A stretch of DNA of 44,878 nt from a candidate division WOR-3 bacterium (GTDB lineage Bacteria > Hydrothermota > Hydrothermia > LBFQ01). This document shows, piece by piece, positions 17,997 to 27,694 of the stretch. The position numbers and the translations under genes were made by a program. Under the pieces are notes generated by a model. It was not told the DNA's origin, searched no databases, and was given only the letters and a program-made list of their open reading frames with translations. Within the stretch, counting starts at the first letter, position 1. Every line of letters begins with the position of its first letter. The stretch lies in the NCBI GenBank assembly GCA_039802605.1, contig JBDRWW010000011.1, positions 1-44,878 of the forward strand, given 5' to 3'.

Positions 17997-19957
17997 ATCT
18001 TTTTCAACTTGGCCTTATCCTTATCAAAACTCTTTACGAAATCTTTAAACATAACCTTCACTATATTCCCATCAATGCTTAAAACCTTACCGTACCCGTA
18101 TTTTTCGTGATAGACGCTATCCCCCTTTTTAATATCGTCATTACCCGTATATCCCATTATTCCCATCTCTTCCAAAAATCTACTGGGTTTTAGAGAATGC
18201 CTGTTATATCCCCTAATTTTTGCATGGGTCAGGTAAAGGTATGTTTTCGCCCTCGTTATGGCCACATAACACAACCTCCTTTCCTCATCCTCATTTCCTT
18301 CTTCCAATGATTTGTAGTGTGGAAATGTACCATCCTCTAAACCGACAACAAATACCACATCCCTTTCAAGACCTTTTGCGGAATGAACCGTCATCAAAGA
18401 AACCGCATTCCCCTCCTTTGTATCCGCGGAACTCAAAAGTGATACGGCGTAAAGGAACTCCTCCAAGCCTTTACCCTCGGACTGATAGGTGTATGCCATG
18501 TTTAACAATTCTTCAACATTTTCAATCCTGTCTTCATATTTTTCCGGGTCAAACCTTCGTAGGTATTCGTAATAGTTTAGGAAATCTATGACCTTTTGCA
18601 CGGCTTCCCTTGGTGGTTCGTTCTTTAAATCTTTCAATAACGAAAAGTATTCAGATATTTTTCCCAGTCTAAACCTTGAAATGTTCTTTATATCCTCCCA
18701 ACTCTTTCCGGCCTCAATCTCCATTATAACTCTATTTACGGTGTTTTCGCCCAACCCTTCAACCAAAAGCATACTCCTCCGTAAAGATACAAAATCCTTA
18801 GGGTTCAATGCCACCCTTAAAAACGATAGGATGTCCTTAATTTCCTTCCTTTGAAAAAACCCCACATCCCCTATAATTTTATAGGGTATTCCATACCTGA
18901 CCATAGCCTGCTCAAACACGCGGGATATATAATTTGCCCTGTATAAAACCATTACATCTTCGGGTTTAAACCCCTTTGATAGTATTTCCTTTGCCACCCA
19001 ATCCGCTTCCTCCTCCGGTGTATTAAAACACTTGTATATGGGTTCTGGGCCGGTTTTCCTATCTGTGAATAAAAACTTTTCCCTACGGTTATGGTTGTAT
19101 CTTATAAGGTTATTCGCCAAGTCTAAGATTTTCTGGGTTGAGCGGTAATTTCTTTCAAGTTTAAGGATTAAGGTGTTGGGGAAATCCCTTTGGAAGTTTA
19201 GAAATATCGTATAATCCGCACCCCTAAAAGAGTATATCGCCTGGTCTTCATCCCCAACCACAAAAACCCTTCTGTGTTCCGGATTCCCCGCAATCTTTAC
19301 AAGTATCTTATGTTGTAAGGGGTTAGTGTCCTGATACTCATCAACGAGGATGTAATAGAGTTTTTGGGAGTATTTCTTCCTTATGTTTTCATCCTCTAAA
19401 ACCTCGTTCGCCCTTATAAGAATATCATCAAAGTCAAGGGCGTTGGCCTTTTTTAGTTTATCCTGATATACTTCCAGAATTGATGAAAATACCCCCTCAT
19501 CCAAATTTTCGGGTATCTTCCCGGTGTTTTTGTACCTTGAAATGGCATTTTTTATCTCCTTAACGCTATAACCCAAATCCTTGCATATTGGCTCCAATAT
19601 TGCCTTTGTATCATCCTCGTCATAAACGGTTAAATTCCCGAGATTTTCCCTTACAATTCTTAACGCAAAGGAATGGAATGTTCCCACATTCAATTTTTTC
19701 ACATCTATATACCTTGAAAGCCTTTCCTTCATTTCATCGGCAGCCTTGTTTGTGAAAGTAACGGCAAGAATCCTATCCTCGGGTATCCCTATTTCTTTAA
19801 CAAGATAAGCCACCCTTAGGGTTAATACCCGCGTCTTACCCGAACCCGCACCCGCAACAACGAGTATAGGCCTATCAATTGGTGCCAAAACCGCCTTTAA
19901 CTGTTGCTCGTTTAACGCCCTTAGTTCTTCTCTTATGTCATAATCCGATCCTTTCAA
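17993..19957 (-). CDS. uvrD: UvrD/PcrA superfamily 1 DNA helicase
   Basis: AGAGSGKT, TFTNKAA, VDEYQD, GDEDQAIY, NYRS, HSAKGLE, EERRLCYVAITRA. Confidence 0.96.
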   Translation of the reverse strand: MKGSDYDIREELRALNEQQLKAVLAPIDRPILVVAGAGSGKTRVLTLRVAYLVKEIGIPEDRILAVTFTNKAADEMKERLSRYIDVKKLNVGTFHSFALRIVRENLGNLTVYDEDDTKAILEPICKDLGYSVKEIKNAISRYKNTGKIPENLDEGVFSSILEVYQDKLKKANALDFDDILIRANEVLEDENIRKKYSQKLYYILVDEYQDTNPLQHKILVKIAGNPEHRRVFVVGDEDQAIYSFRGADYTIFLNFQRDFPNTLILKLERNYRSTQKILDLANNLIRYNHNRREKFLFTDRKTGPEPIYKCFNTPEEEADWVAKEILSKGFKPEDVMVLYRANYISRVFEQAMVRYGIPYKIIGDVGFFQRKEIKDILSFLRVALNPKDFVSLRRSMLLVEGLGENTVNRVIMEIEAGKSWEDIKNISRFRLGKISEYFSLLKDLKNEPPREAVQKVIDFLNYYEYLRRFDPEKYEDRIENVEELLNMAYTYQSEGKGLEEFLYAVSLLSSADTKEGNAVSLMTVHSAKGLERDVVFVVGLEDGTFPHYKSLEEGNEDEERRLCYVAITRAKTYLYLTHAKIRGYNRHSLKPSRFLEEMGIMGYTGNDDIKKGDSVYHEKYGYGKVLSIDGNIVKVMFKDFVKSFDKDKAKLKKI

Positions 19958-20462
19958 CCTCCCCTACCTCCTTTTCATAAACTTTTACATCCAAACTTTC
20001 CGTATCCAAAACCACAAAAGAGCACTTTCCGGATATATACCCGTAAATTTCACCGGGGTTGATAATAAGGGTATTCCTTACCCTCCTTATATCTATTTTG
20101 TGTAAATGCCCGTAGAGGATGAAGTTGAAATCCCCAGTTTCCGCGAGTTTATCAACGAATACGGGTTCGTGCATTAATACAAAATCTTTACCTTCAATTT
20201 CCAAAAATGTGGGGGATTCGCTTGAAATAAACCATCCGAATTTTCGGAAGTTTTGCGCCAATTTGAGGTAATCGCCATCGTTGTTGCCAAACACCACCCA
20301 AAGGTTTCCCTTATACATCTCGCCTATCCTTAAAGGGACAAATGGGCTTATCACATCACCTAAGTGTATAACATTTTCTATGCCGAGTTCATTTATTATT
20401 TCAAACGCCCACTTTAAACCTTTAAGATTATCGTGGGAATCTGACATAATCGCTATTTTCAT
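19938..20462 (-). CDS. Metallophosphoesterase (YfcE/MJ0936 family)
   Basis: SDSHDN, HLGD, GNND, GHLH, INPG. Start placed at MKIAIM (20462), with CGGGAG-TATTAT 8 nt upstream. Confidence 0.92.
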   Translation of the reverse strand: MKIAIMSDSHDNLKGLKWAFEIINELGIENVIHLGDVISPFVPLRIGEMYKGNLWVVFGNNDGDYLKLAQNFRKFGWFISSESPTFLEIEGKDFVLMHEPVFVDKLAETGDFNFILYGHLHKIDIRRVRNTLIINPGEIYGYISGKCSFVVLDTESLDVKVYEKEVGEVERIGL

Positions 20463-20499
20463 AAGGGGGAATAATACTCCCGTTTTATTTGCTTGTGGG

Positions 20500-20753
20500 C
20501 ATAAGGTACTTGAACTTGCTAAAAGGTATTTGAAAAATAACCGGGAAACGGTTAAGAAGGCGGGTAGGGATATGCTAAGGATGGTCGGGATAAACAGGGA
20601 GATCCGCCGCATCCGGTACGGCCTACTTGATGGCGATTGAATCGTTAAGGGCTTTGTTTATAGCGATGGGGTAAAAAGGCAATAGACGGCGCTTTTGAGA
20701 AGGTTGAGAAAATAATCCAAATAGTTGAAAGGCACATAAATGGTAGGGGTTAA
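20500..20753 (+). pseudogene. Decayed tandem paralog of the downstream DUF5618-like gene
   Basis: Fragments LAKRYLKN, ASGTAYLMAIESLRALF and KKAIDGAFEKVEKIIQIVERHI match three parts of 20775-21224, separated by a frameshift, a stop and a deletion. Confidence 0.85.
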
Positions 20754-20774
20754 ACAGCCTTAAAATAAGGGCTT

Positions 20775-21224
20775 ATGCCGAAAACAAAAACACCTTTAAC
20801 TCCTGAGGAGAGATTAAGGTTAGCAAAAAGGTATTTAAGGAATGCTAAGGAAGTTTTAAAGAAATCGCCAGTTGATAAAGAGGCGGGTATTTATGAGGAT
20901 ATAAAGTATGTTTCCGAGGCATCTGGAACGGCATATATTTCAGCACTTGAAGCCTTAAAGGCTTTGTTTATGTTTAAGAAGGGTTGGGATGTTGAAAAGG
21001 TAAAAGAGGAAACAAAGGAAGTGGGGTCGTATAGGAAGATATTAAAAACGCTTCCAATAGGTAAGGATAAGGATGTTTTAATAAAACTCTTTTCATCAGT
21101 TTATGATATTCTCCACCTTGGGGGTTATTATAGGGAGTTGCAGGATAAGAAAGCCATAGACAGCGGTTTTGAAAAGGTTGAGAAGATAATCCAAATAGTT
21201 GAGAAACATATAAAGCAGGGCTAA
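20775..21224 (+). CDS. DUF5618 / PaREP1-like HEPN-fold protein
   Basis: A-RYL-NAKE-L, Y-D-KYV--ASGTAY---LEAL, YD-LHL-GYY pattern. Confidence 0.7.
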   Translation: MPKTKTPLTPEERLRLAKRYLRNAKEVLKKSPVDKEAGIYEDIKYVSEASGTAYISALEALKALFMFKKGWDVEKVKEETKEVGSYRKILKTLPIGKDKDVLIKLFSSVYDILHLGGYYRELQDKKAIDSGFEKVEKIIQIVEKHIKQG

Positions 21225-21253
21225 GGTTGTTAGGGGATGATTTATTTTTCCTT

Positions 21254-22033
21254 CTACCATTTCAAGATTTCCTCGTATGTTATCTTTTTGCCTTTTTCGG
21301 TGGTATTTAAATTTTCAAGTATTACCTTCCGCACATGTTCCAAGTATTCCCTTTTAAAAATCACAAACCCATTATTAAACCTTATAAAATATTCTGTAAA
21401 AGTTTTTAAGGCTCTTTTCAACTTTTTCCTCGTGGTCTCTTTTACCCTTGGGTTAGCCATTTTGCTCTTAAACTCCTCAACATTAATAACAAGGTATGGA
21501 ACTTCTACAACAATATCTGCATATCTCTGCTGCCTTTTGGTAAATCTTCTATCCGACGCTTCCCTTCTGTATGATACTTTCTTAACTTGAATTGCAATTT
21601 TCACCTGGTTTAATTCTACAATCGCGTCTATTCCCATCATATCTAACTTAGGAGTAGATACTAACTTTTCCACGAATAACGCATTCCACAAATATTGAAA
21701 ATGGAATTGGGTTAAAATGGACATCCAAATCCTGTATAATCTCGCCTTAAAGCCCTCTTCCACAAATTGCAAAGAGCATCCGTAAAAATACTTCTTCATA
21801 AAATCGTAGATATGTTCCAATTTTTCCTTCCAGTAAATTTTAAAAATCTCATTGTAGTCCTTAAAGTCGGTTGTATCCCAATAGTATTTGTAATATATTT
21901 CAAGTGGTAAAAGATCCCGAGGCAAATCCTGTTCAACCGTTTTAATATCCTTTAAATGTGAATATTGTGCTAAATTTATATTTTTTAGAAAATTCTCAAA
22001 TTTTTCAAGGTCTTTTTTCCAATCCCTTGTCAT
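21254..22033 (-). CDS. TaqI-family type II restriction endonuclease
   Basis: IKTVEQDLPR, KYF-GCS--FV--G--ARLYR, TQFHF-Y-WNA, GIDA...IQVKK, NGFVIF match R.TaqI as I recall it. Confidence 0.9.
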   Translation of the reverse strand: MTRDWKKDLEKFENFLKNINLAQYSHLKDIKTVEQDLPRDLLPLEIYYKYYWDTTDFKDYNEIFKIYWKEKLEHIYDFMKKYFYGCSLQFVEEGFKARLYRIWMSILTQFHFQYLWNALFVEKLVSTPKLDMMGIDAIVELNQVKIAIQVKKVSYRREASDRRFTKRQQRYADIVVEVPYLVINVEEFKSKMANPRVKETTRKKLKRALKTFTEYFIRFNNGFVIFKREYLEHVRKVILENLNTTEKGKKITYEEILKW

Positions 22034-23388
22034 AGTAATACCCCCTTTAAACCCGTTAGTTCTCCTTTTGTAGGAAGTGGAAGAAGTTTCAATTGCGCAA
22101 TGTTAAAATGGTAGGTTATATCCCTAAAAACATCCTTCACATACCTTTTTATAATTTCAGAATTAAGGAAACTCACCACATCTACATCCATTAAATCAAA
22201 TTTTGCACCCGTTAATGCCCGTTTCCTTATAAAATGATATACATCCCCCATCCAAGGATATGCTTTGTAATCATAAGCGGATGCAAGCCTACCATCACCC
22301 CTAAAACCCAAACCAACAACAATATGGGGTTTGTCAAAAAATTCCCTTAACAGTGTTTTCTTTTCCTTTTCAATCCAATATCCTGTTAGAGGTTCATATA
22401 TAACCATTCCAACTTTTAGATTCCTGCCATTTAATATGGGGAGAAGGTTATCCATTTCTTGCGATTTTTCGCATTTTATAACATTTGGGTTGTTTTTTAT
22501 TTCAGGGGTTCTTGGAGAAATCCTTATTGAATATATATCATCAATGCGAAAACTACAAACTTCATCCAACATTTTACTGAAATCCGTGGAAAATAGTATA
22601 ACATCCCCTTCCCAACAATCGTTTTTACTTAAAAGTTTTATCTTCTCATCTTTATAATCGCATAATATCAATTTATTCCTATCCGCAGATGATTTTGTGA
22701 ATTTTAATACAACCGTTGTAATATCCGCTTCTGGTTTAAAAATACCCGAACCCATGTATATTATTTCCGTTTTTCCATTCCTCGCCAAAAATTTGCGGAG
22801 TTTTTTAAATTCGTCAAGTATCATAAAGGTTGCAGGTATAATAAAAATCAACTGACCACCTTCCTTTAACAATTTTACGGATTTTTCCACAAAAGCCCCA
22901 TATAGGTTATACTTCCCATACCAAGTTTCATAAATACGCTTGTATATTCTTTTTGTCCCGTCATCCACCTTTATCGCATAATGTTCTGATAGGCTCGGAA
23001 TACCATAAGGAGGATTGCCGATTATTAAGTCAAAACGCTCATCGGTTTCCCATAAAAGATAGTCGTGATGTATAATCTCTATCCCCCTGTTTAGATTGTT
23101 TTTATAAATGTAATCAACAATCTCGTCATTTATTTCAACACCCACCTTTCTGCGGGCAAGTGTGAAAATATGATTTTTATTCTTTCTAATGCCATACAAG
23201 AATTGGCAGATCCCACACGCCGGTTCAAGGATTTTCAAGTTGTCTTTATCCAAACTCTCCTCGTCTATCAAATTAACCATAAAATCCACAACTTCCGAAG
23301 GGGTAAAAAATATCCCAAAATTCTTTTTCAAATTTTTAACCCTTCTATTTACCCTCTTCGCATGGAACTCAACCGCGAAATCTTCCAC
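22030..23388 (-). CDS. M.TaqI-like N6-adenine DNA methyltransferase
   Basis: TP-EVVDFMV, LEPAC, GNPPYG, GKYNLYGAF-EK-V-LLK-GG, GRNLK, AYPW; promoter motif CAGCCC-TATAAT 9 nt before the GTG. Confidence 0.93.
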   Translation of the reverse strand: MEDFAVEFHAKRVNRRVKNLKKNFGIFFTPSEVVDFMVNLIDEESLDKDNLKILEPACGICQFLYGIRKNKNHIFTLARRKVGVEINDEIVDYIYKNNLNRGIEIIHHDYLLWETDERFDLIIGNPPYGIPSLSEHYAIKVDDGTKRIYKRIYETWYGKYNLYGAFVEKSVKLLKEGGQLIFIIPATFMILDEFKKLRKFLARNGKTEIIYMGSGIFKPEADITTVVLKFTKSSADRNKLILCDYKDEKIKLLSKNDCWEGDVILFSTDFSKMLDEVCSFRIDDIYSIRISPRTPEIKNNPNVIKCEKSQEMDNLLPILNGRNLKVGMVIYEPLTGYWIEKEKKTLLREFFDKPHIVVGLGFRGDGRLASAYDYKAYPWMGDVYHFIRKRALTGAKFDLMDVDVVSFLNSEIIKRYVKDVFRDITYHFNIAQLKLLPLPTKGELTGLKGVLL

Positions 23389-23410
23389 AAACCCCGTATT
23401 ATAGGGCTGT

Positions 23411-24193
23411 TTAAGGGCTTCTCATAACCACACCCCTTTTACTCTTTCTGTAAAATTCAATCAAATGCTTTACCTCTTCGTATCCCGAAAACCTCTCCTC
23501 CAAAACCTTTAATGAATCTTCAAGGGTTAAATTTGTCCTATAAATTGTTCGATAGCATTCCTTTAAAACCTCAATCTTTTCGCTTGAAAATCCCCTCCTC
23601 TTTAGGCCCACCAAATTTAAACCCACAACCTCCGGCTCATATCCAACGGTCATAAAAAAGGGTGGGGCGTCAAGGTTTAGCCTCGTCATACCTCCGATCA
23701 TAGCATAAGCCCCAACCCTACACCACTGATGTATCCCCAAAACACCGGAGATAAAGGCGTAGTCTTCAACCTCAACATATCCGGCCAGTTGGGCGGCGTT
23801 TGCAATCGTTATTCCGTTCCCCAACTTGCAATTATGAGCAATATGAACATAAGCCATTAAAAAGTTATTATTCCCTATAACCGTTGAATTCCCCTCACCC
23901 GTAGCCCTGTGTATCGTGCAAAACTCCCTTATTACATTGTTATTCCCTATTATTACGGCGGTATCCTCGCCCTTGTAATTAACATCCTGGGGTGGCTGCC
24001 CAATGGAAACGGAATGATGAATGGCGTTATTTTCCCCTATGGAAACCCTACCCACAATAACGGAAAAGGGTCCTATTTTCGTCCCCTTCCCTATGGAAAC
24101 CTTTCCGGATATATAAACGTAAGGGCCTATTTCAACACCTTCACCAATGTTAATATCCCCTTCTATTATCGCCGTTGGATGGATCTTACTCAT
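23411..24193 (-). CDS. lpxA: Acyl-ACP--UDP-N-acetylglucosamine O-acyltransferase
   Basis: IHPTAII hexapeptide repeats, PQD, IREFCTIHRAT, HIAHNC, GLNLVGLKRRGF. Confidence 0.96.
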   Translation of the reverse strand: MSKIHPTAIIEGDINIGEGVEIGPYVYISGKVSIGKGTKIGPFSVIVGRVSIGENNAIHHSVSIGQPPQDVNYKGEDTAVIIGNNNVIREFCTIHRATGEGNSTVIGNNNFLMAYVHIAHNCKLGNGITIANAAQLAGYVEVEDYAFISGVLGIHQWCRVGAYAMIGGMTRLNLDAPPFFMTVGYEPEVVGLNLVGLKRRGFSSEKIEVLKECYRTIYRTNLTLEDSLKVLEERFSGYEEVKHLIEFYRKSKRGVVMRSP

Positions 24194-24968
24194 AACTCTC
24201 CTCCAAGGACGGAAAATTACCGTTTTTTATATCGTTTTTAAACCTCTCCAAAGCCTCCTTAAATATTGAAAACCCCTCCACATATCTCCTCGCAAACTTA
24301 AACCTGTATAAGGATAACCCCACAACATCGTGGAAAACGAGAATCTGGCCATCGGTATAAGGTCCAGCACCAATTCCAATGGTAGGTATTGAAATGTTTT
24401 CGGTTATATATTTTGCACTCCCATACGGAACCTTTTCAAGGACTATTGAAAAAGCACCCGCATCTTCCAAGGCCTTTGCCTCTTCCAAAAGCCTTTCTTT
24501 ATCCCTACCCTGCAATTTAAAACCCCCATAAATATTGTATTTTTGAGGGTTCATACCTATGTGACCCATTACGGGTATCCCGTAATCCACGAGTTTTTTA
24601 ACCAAATGCGCTATTTCCCTTCCCCCTTCGAGTTTTACGGCGTTTGCACCCGCCCTTAAAAACCTCCCGGCGTTTTCAATCGCATCCCTTTCGGATGTTT
24701 GATAACTCAAAAAGGGCATATCCGCAACAACCAAAGCCCTCTTAACCGCCCTACAAACCGCTCTTGTATGCATAATCATTTCCTCCATACCTATCTTTAA
24801 TGTATCTTCAAAACCATGAACAACCATGGCGGCCGAATCTCCAACCAGGATAATCTCAAATCCGCTTTCATCCGCCAAAAGGGCCGTTGGATAATCATAG
24901 GAGGTTATCGCCGATATCCTTTCCCTCCCCTTCATCTCCACTATATCCTTAACGGTTATCTTTTTCAT
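24186..24968 (-). CDS. panB: 3-methyl-2-oxobutanoate hydroxymethyltransferase
   Basis: LVGDS, ADMPF, AVKLEGG, GHIG--PQ, IGIGAG---DGQILV. Start placed at MKKITV (24968). Confidence 0.96.
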   Translation of the reverse strand: MKKITVKDIVEMKGRERISAITSYDYPTALLADESGFEIILVGDSAAMVVHGFEDTLKIGMEEMIMHTRAVCRAVKRALVVADMPFLSYQTSERDAIENAGRFLRAGANAVKLEGGREIAHLVKKLVDYGIPVMGHIGMNPQKYNIYGGFKLQGRDKERLLEEAKALEDAGAFSIVLEKVPYGSAKYITENISIPTIGIGAGPYTDGQILVFHDVVGLSLYRFKFARRYVEGFSIFKEALERFKNDIKNGNFPSLEESYE

Positions 24969-24978
24969 AAGGGCGGGT

Positions 24979-25018
24979 ATTATAATTCCGCCACACAAAG
25001 GCATTTCAACCTTATAAT
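24979..25018. promoter_or_regulatory. Divergent promoter pair
   Basis: Minus: CGGAAT-TATAAT (24990-24979). Plus: CAACCT-TATAAT (25007-25018). Confidence 0.75.
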
Positions 25019-25026
25019 ATCCGATT

Positions 25027-25704
25027 GTGATGCTTTTTATCATAGCCTATTCTTTTATATCGGTTGATGAGGTGTATAAAGCTATGGATAAATACACCAT
25101 AGTGGATGTTAGGAGCAGTTATGAGTATAGGGTTGAGCACATAAAGGGGGCTATATCCGCACCAGTAAATGCCATTGAGGCTTATTTTGAAAAGGGCATA
25201 ATACCCTTGGATAAGCCGATAGTTTTTTACTGCGCTTGTCCCCACCACCTATCCGAAATAGCGGCTAGCAAAGCGGAACTTTATGGGGTAAGGGAGGTGT
25301 ACGTTTTAAACGGGGGGTTTTTCGGTTGGAGGGATAAGGGGTATCCAACAGAAGGTTTGAGAAAGGGTGAAAAACCCAATACATTTGTCGCCGCGGGTTA
25401 TGTTAAGAGGAATGGGGATCCGGCTAAATTTACAAGGGTTTGGTTCATACATAAGCGTACGGGTCAAATGGAGGTGGCATACACCACAAACGACGGGTTT
25501 TATAAGTCGGATTGGAATTTCTTTGATATAAAACCCGGGGATACGGTTTTAGTAGCGGTTGATATGCCAAAGGATTTCTCAATTTTGGTTTTGCCCAATA
25601 AAACGGGTAAAGTTTGGGGTAGTAGGGTTGATATTTTTGATGGAAAGGTTGTTAGCATGCCTACAAAATTGATTAAAACATTGGAAGAAAAGGGCTTAAT
25701 GTAA
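25027..25704 (+). CDS. Rhodanese-like protein with C-terminal beta-sandwich domain
   Basis: IVDVR---EY---HIKGA, FYCACPHHLS, GGF-GW---GYP. Confidence 0.85.
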   Translation: MMLFIIAYSFISVDEVYKAMDKYTIVDVRSSYEYRVEHIKGAISAPVNAIEAYFEKGIIPLDKPIVFYCACPHHLSEIAASKAELYGVREVYVLNGGFFGWRDKGYPTEGLRKGEKPNTFVAAGYVKRNGDPAKFTRVWFIHKRTGQMEVAYTTNDGFYKSDWNFFDIKPGDTVLVAVDMPKDFSILVLPNKTGKVWGSRVDIFDGKVVSMPTKLIKTLEEKGLM

Positions 25705-25725
25705 TCTTATTAAAAGGAGGTTCCC

Positions 25726-27003
25726 ATGCTGAGTTTGGAAGATCTAAAAGCCAAGCGTTTGTCGGAATTATACGAGTTGGCAAAGGAATACGGAATAGAG
25801 GACTATGCCGAACTGGACAAAGATACCCTAATAAAGAGAATTATTGAAGTAAAGGTTAGAAAAGAGGGTTTTGTATGGAAAGAGGGGGTTTTGGAGATAC
25901 ACCCAGAGGGGTTTGGATTTTTGAGATCCCCTTTAAATAACCTATTACCTTCAAAGGAAGATGCGTATGTTTCCGCGCAAATCATAAAGGCTTTGGGTTT
26001 AAGACCCGGGGATTATGTTGAGGGTTTCGCAAAACAGCAGAGCGGTGAGAAAAACGACCCAATGGTTAATGTGGTTCGGGTTTCGGGATTCCCCGCTTCC
26101 CAAAGCAAAGCAAGACCCCTATTTGAAAAACTAACACCCTTCTACCCCACGGAAAGGATAAAACTTGAAAACCCAGAAGATGACGATTTATCAATGAGGG
26201 TTGTGGATCTTTTTGTTCCGGTTGGTAAGGGACAAAGGGGTTTAATAGTTGCACCTCCCAGATCCGGTAAAACCATACTCTTACAAAAGATAGCAAAGGC
26301 CATTGTCAGGAATCACCCGGAAATACACTTGATAATACTCCTAATAGATGAAAGGCCAGAGGAGGTAACGGACTTTCAAAGGGTTGTACCCCAAGCGGAA
26401 ATATTCTATTCAACATTTGACATGTCTCCGGATAGGCACGCGCAACTGAGCGAACTGGTTTTGGAAAGGGCCAAAAGGTTAGTTGAAAGCGGGAAAGATG
26501 TGGTAATACTCTTGGACTCCCTAACGAGATTGACAAGGGCTTATAACCAGATAACCCCTTCAACCGGTAAAACCCTTTCCGGTGGAATTGAGGCATCCGC
26601 CTTTATAAAACCCAAAAAGTTCTTCGGTGCCGCGAGAAAAATAGAAGAAGGTGGAAGTTTAACCATTCTCGCCACGGCATTAATAGAAACGGGTTCCCGT
26701 ATGGACGATGTCATATTTGAGGAATTTAAGGGAACGGGCAATATGGAGTTGGTTTTGGATAGGAAATTGGCGGAAAGGAGGGTTTTCCCCGCCATTGATC
26801 TGTTTAGGTCTGGGACGAGAAAAGAAGAACTCCTCCTTTCAAAATACACCCTTGAAAGGATCTGGTTGTTGAGGAAGATTATATCGGATATGAACCCCGT
26901 TGAGGCCATGGAATTCGTATTAAACAGATTGGGTAAGTATCCCACAAACGACGACTTCTTGGCATCCCTTGATTATCAGGTTCTCACGGAAAAGGAGGGA
27001 TAG
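25726..27003 (+). CDS. rho: Transcription termination factor Rho
   Basis: GFGFLR, APPRSGKT, LIDERPEEVTD, FEEFKGTGNME, SGTRKEELL; SD AAGGAGG. Confidence 0.98.
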   Translation: MLSLEDLKAKRLSELYELAKEYGIEDYAELDKDTLIKRIIEVKVRKEGFVWKEGVLEIHPEGFGFLRSPLNNLLPSKEDAYVSAQIIKALGLRPGDYVEGFAKQQSGEKNDPMVNVVRVSGFPASQSKARPLFEKLTPFYPTERIKLENPEDDDLSMRVVDLFVPVGKGQRGLIVAPPRSGKTILLQKIAKAIVRNHPEIHLIILLIDERPEEVTDFQRVVPQAEIFYSTFDMSPDRHAQLSELVLERAKRLVESGKDVVILLDSLTRLTRAYNQITPSTGKTLSGGIEASAFIKPKKFFGAARKIEEGGSLTILATALIETGSRMDDVIFEEFKGTGNMELVLDRKLAERRVFPAIDLFRSGTRKEELLLSKYTLERIWLLRKIISDMNPVEAMEFVLNRLGKYPTNDDFLASLDYQVLTEKEG

Positions 27004-27004
27004 G

Positions 27005-27694
27005 TTGAAGATAAAGGCCATTATATTCGACCTTGACAACACGCTCGTAGATTTTATGAGGATGAAGAGGGAGGCGGTTAGGGCGGCGGCGGAGGCCATG
27101 GTGGGTGCGGGTTTGAGGATGTCGCCGGATGAAGTGTATAAAGAGATTTTCAAAATTTACGAAAAGGAAGGGATAGAGGATCAGCTTGTTTTTAACAAAC
27201 TTTTGGAAAAGCTACTGGGTAGGGTTGATTGGCATATATTGGCCGCGGGGGTTGTGGCTTATAGAAAGGCAAAGGAGGCAAATTTAAGGCCATACCCTTA
27301 TGTAAAGCAAACCCTTGTAGAACTTTTAAGGAGGGGATATAAACTCGGCGTAGTTTCCGATGCCCCAAGATTGCAGGCATGGACGAGGCTTGTGGAATCA
27401 TCATTGGATTCCTTCTTTGATGTGGTTATAACATATGAGGATACGTTTGAGAGGAAACCGAGTGCCGCCCCATTTAAAAAGGCCCTTGAAATACTTGGGG
27501 TTGATAACCCTTCGGAAAGCGTTATGGTTGGGGATTGGGCGGAAAGGGATGTGGTGGGGGCAAAATCCATAGGTATGATAACCGTTTTTGCCAAATACGG
27601 GGATACATTTGGGACGGTTAATTCGGGTGCGGATTTTGAAATAAGCGACCCTTTGGAATTACTGGATGTATTGAAAAAATTGGAAAATTCTTAA
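27005..27694 (+). CDS. HAD-superfamily hydrolase
   Basis: FDLDNTL, VVSDA, RKP, VGD---RD--GA; TTG start at 27005 after SD AAGGAGG. Confidence 0.9.
   Translation: MKIKAIIFDLDNTLVDFMRMKREAVRAAAEAMVGAGLRMSPDEVYKEIFKIYEKEGIEDQLVFNKLLEKLLGRVDWHILAAGVVAYRKAKEANLRPYPYVKQTLVELLRRGYKLGVVSDAPRLQAWTRLVESSLDSFFDVVITYEDTFERKPSAAPFKKALEILGVDNPSESVMVGDWAERDVVGAKSIGMITVFAKYGDTFGTVNSGADFEISDPLELLDVLKKLENS

Noticed and set aside
20675..21224. Repeat pair as a diversity-generating retroelement TR/VR
   Set aside because: Differences are mostly synonymous and not adenine-specific, homology spans the whole gene, and there is no reverse transcriptase.
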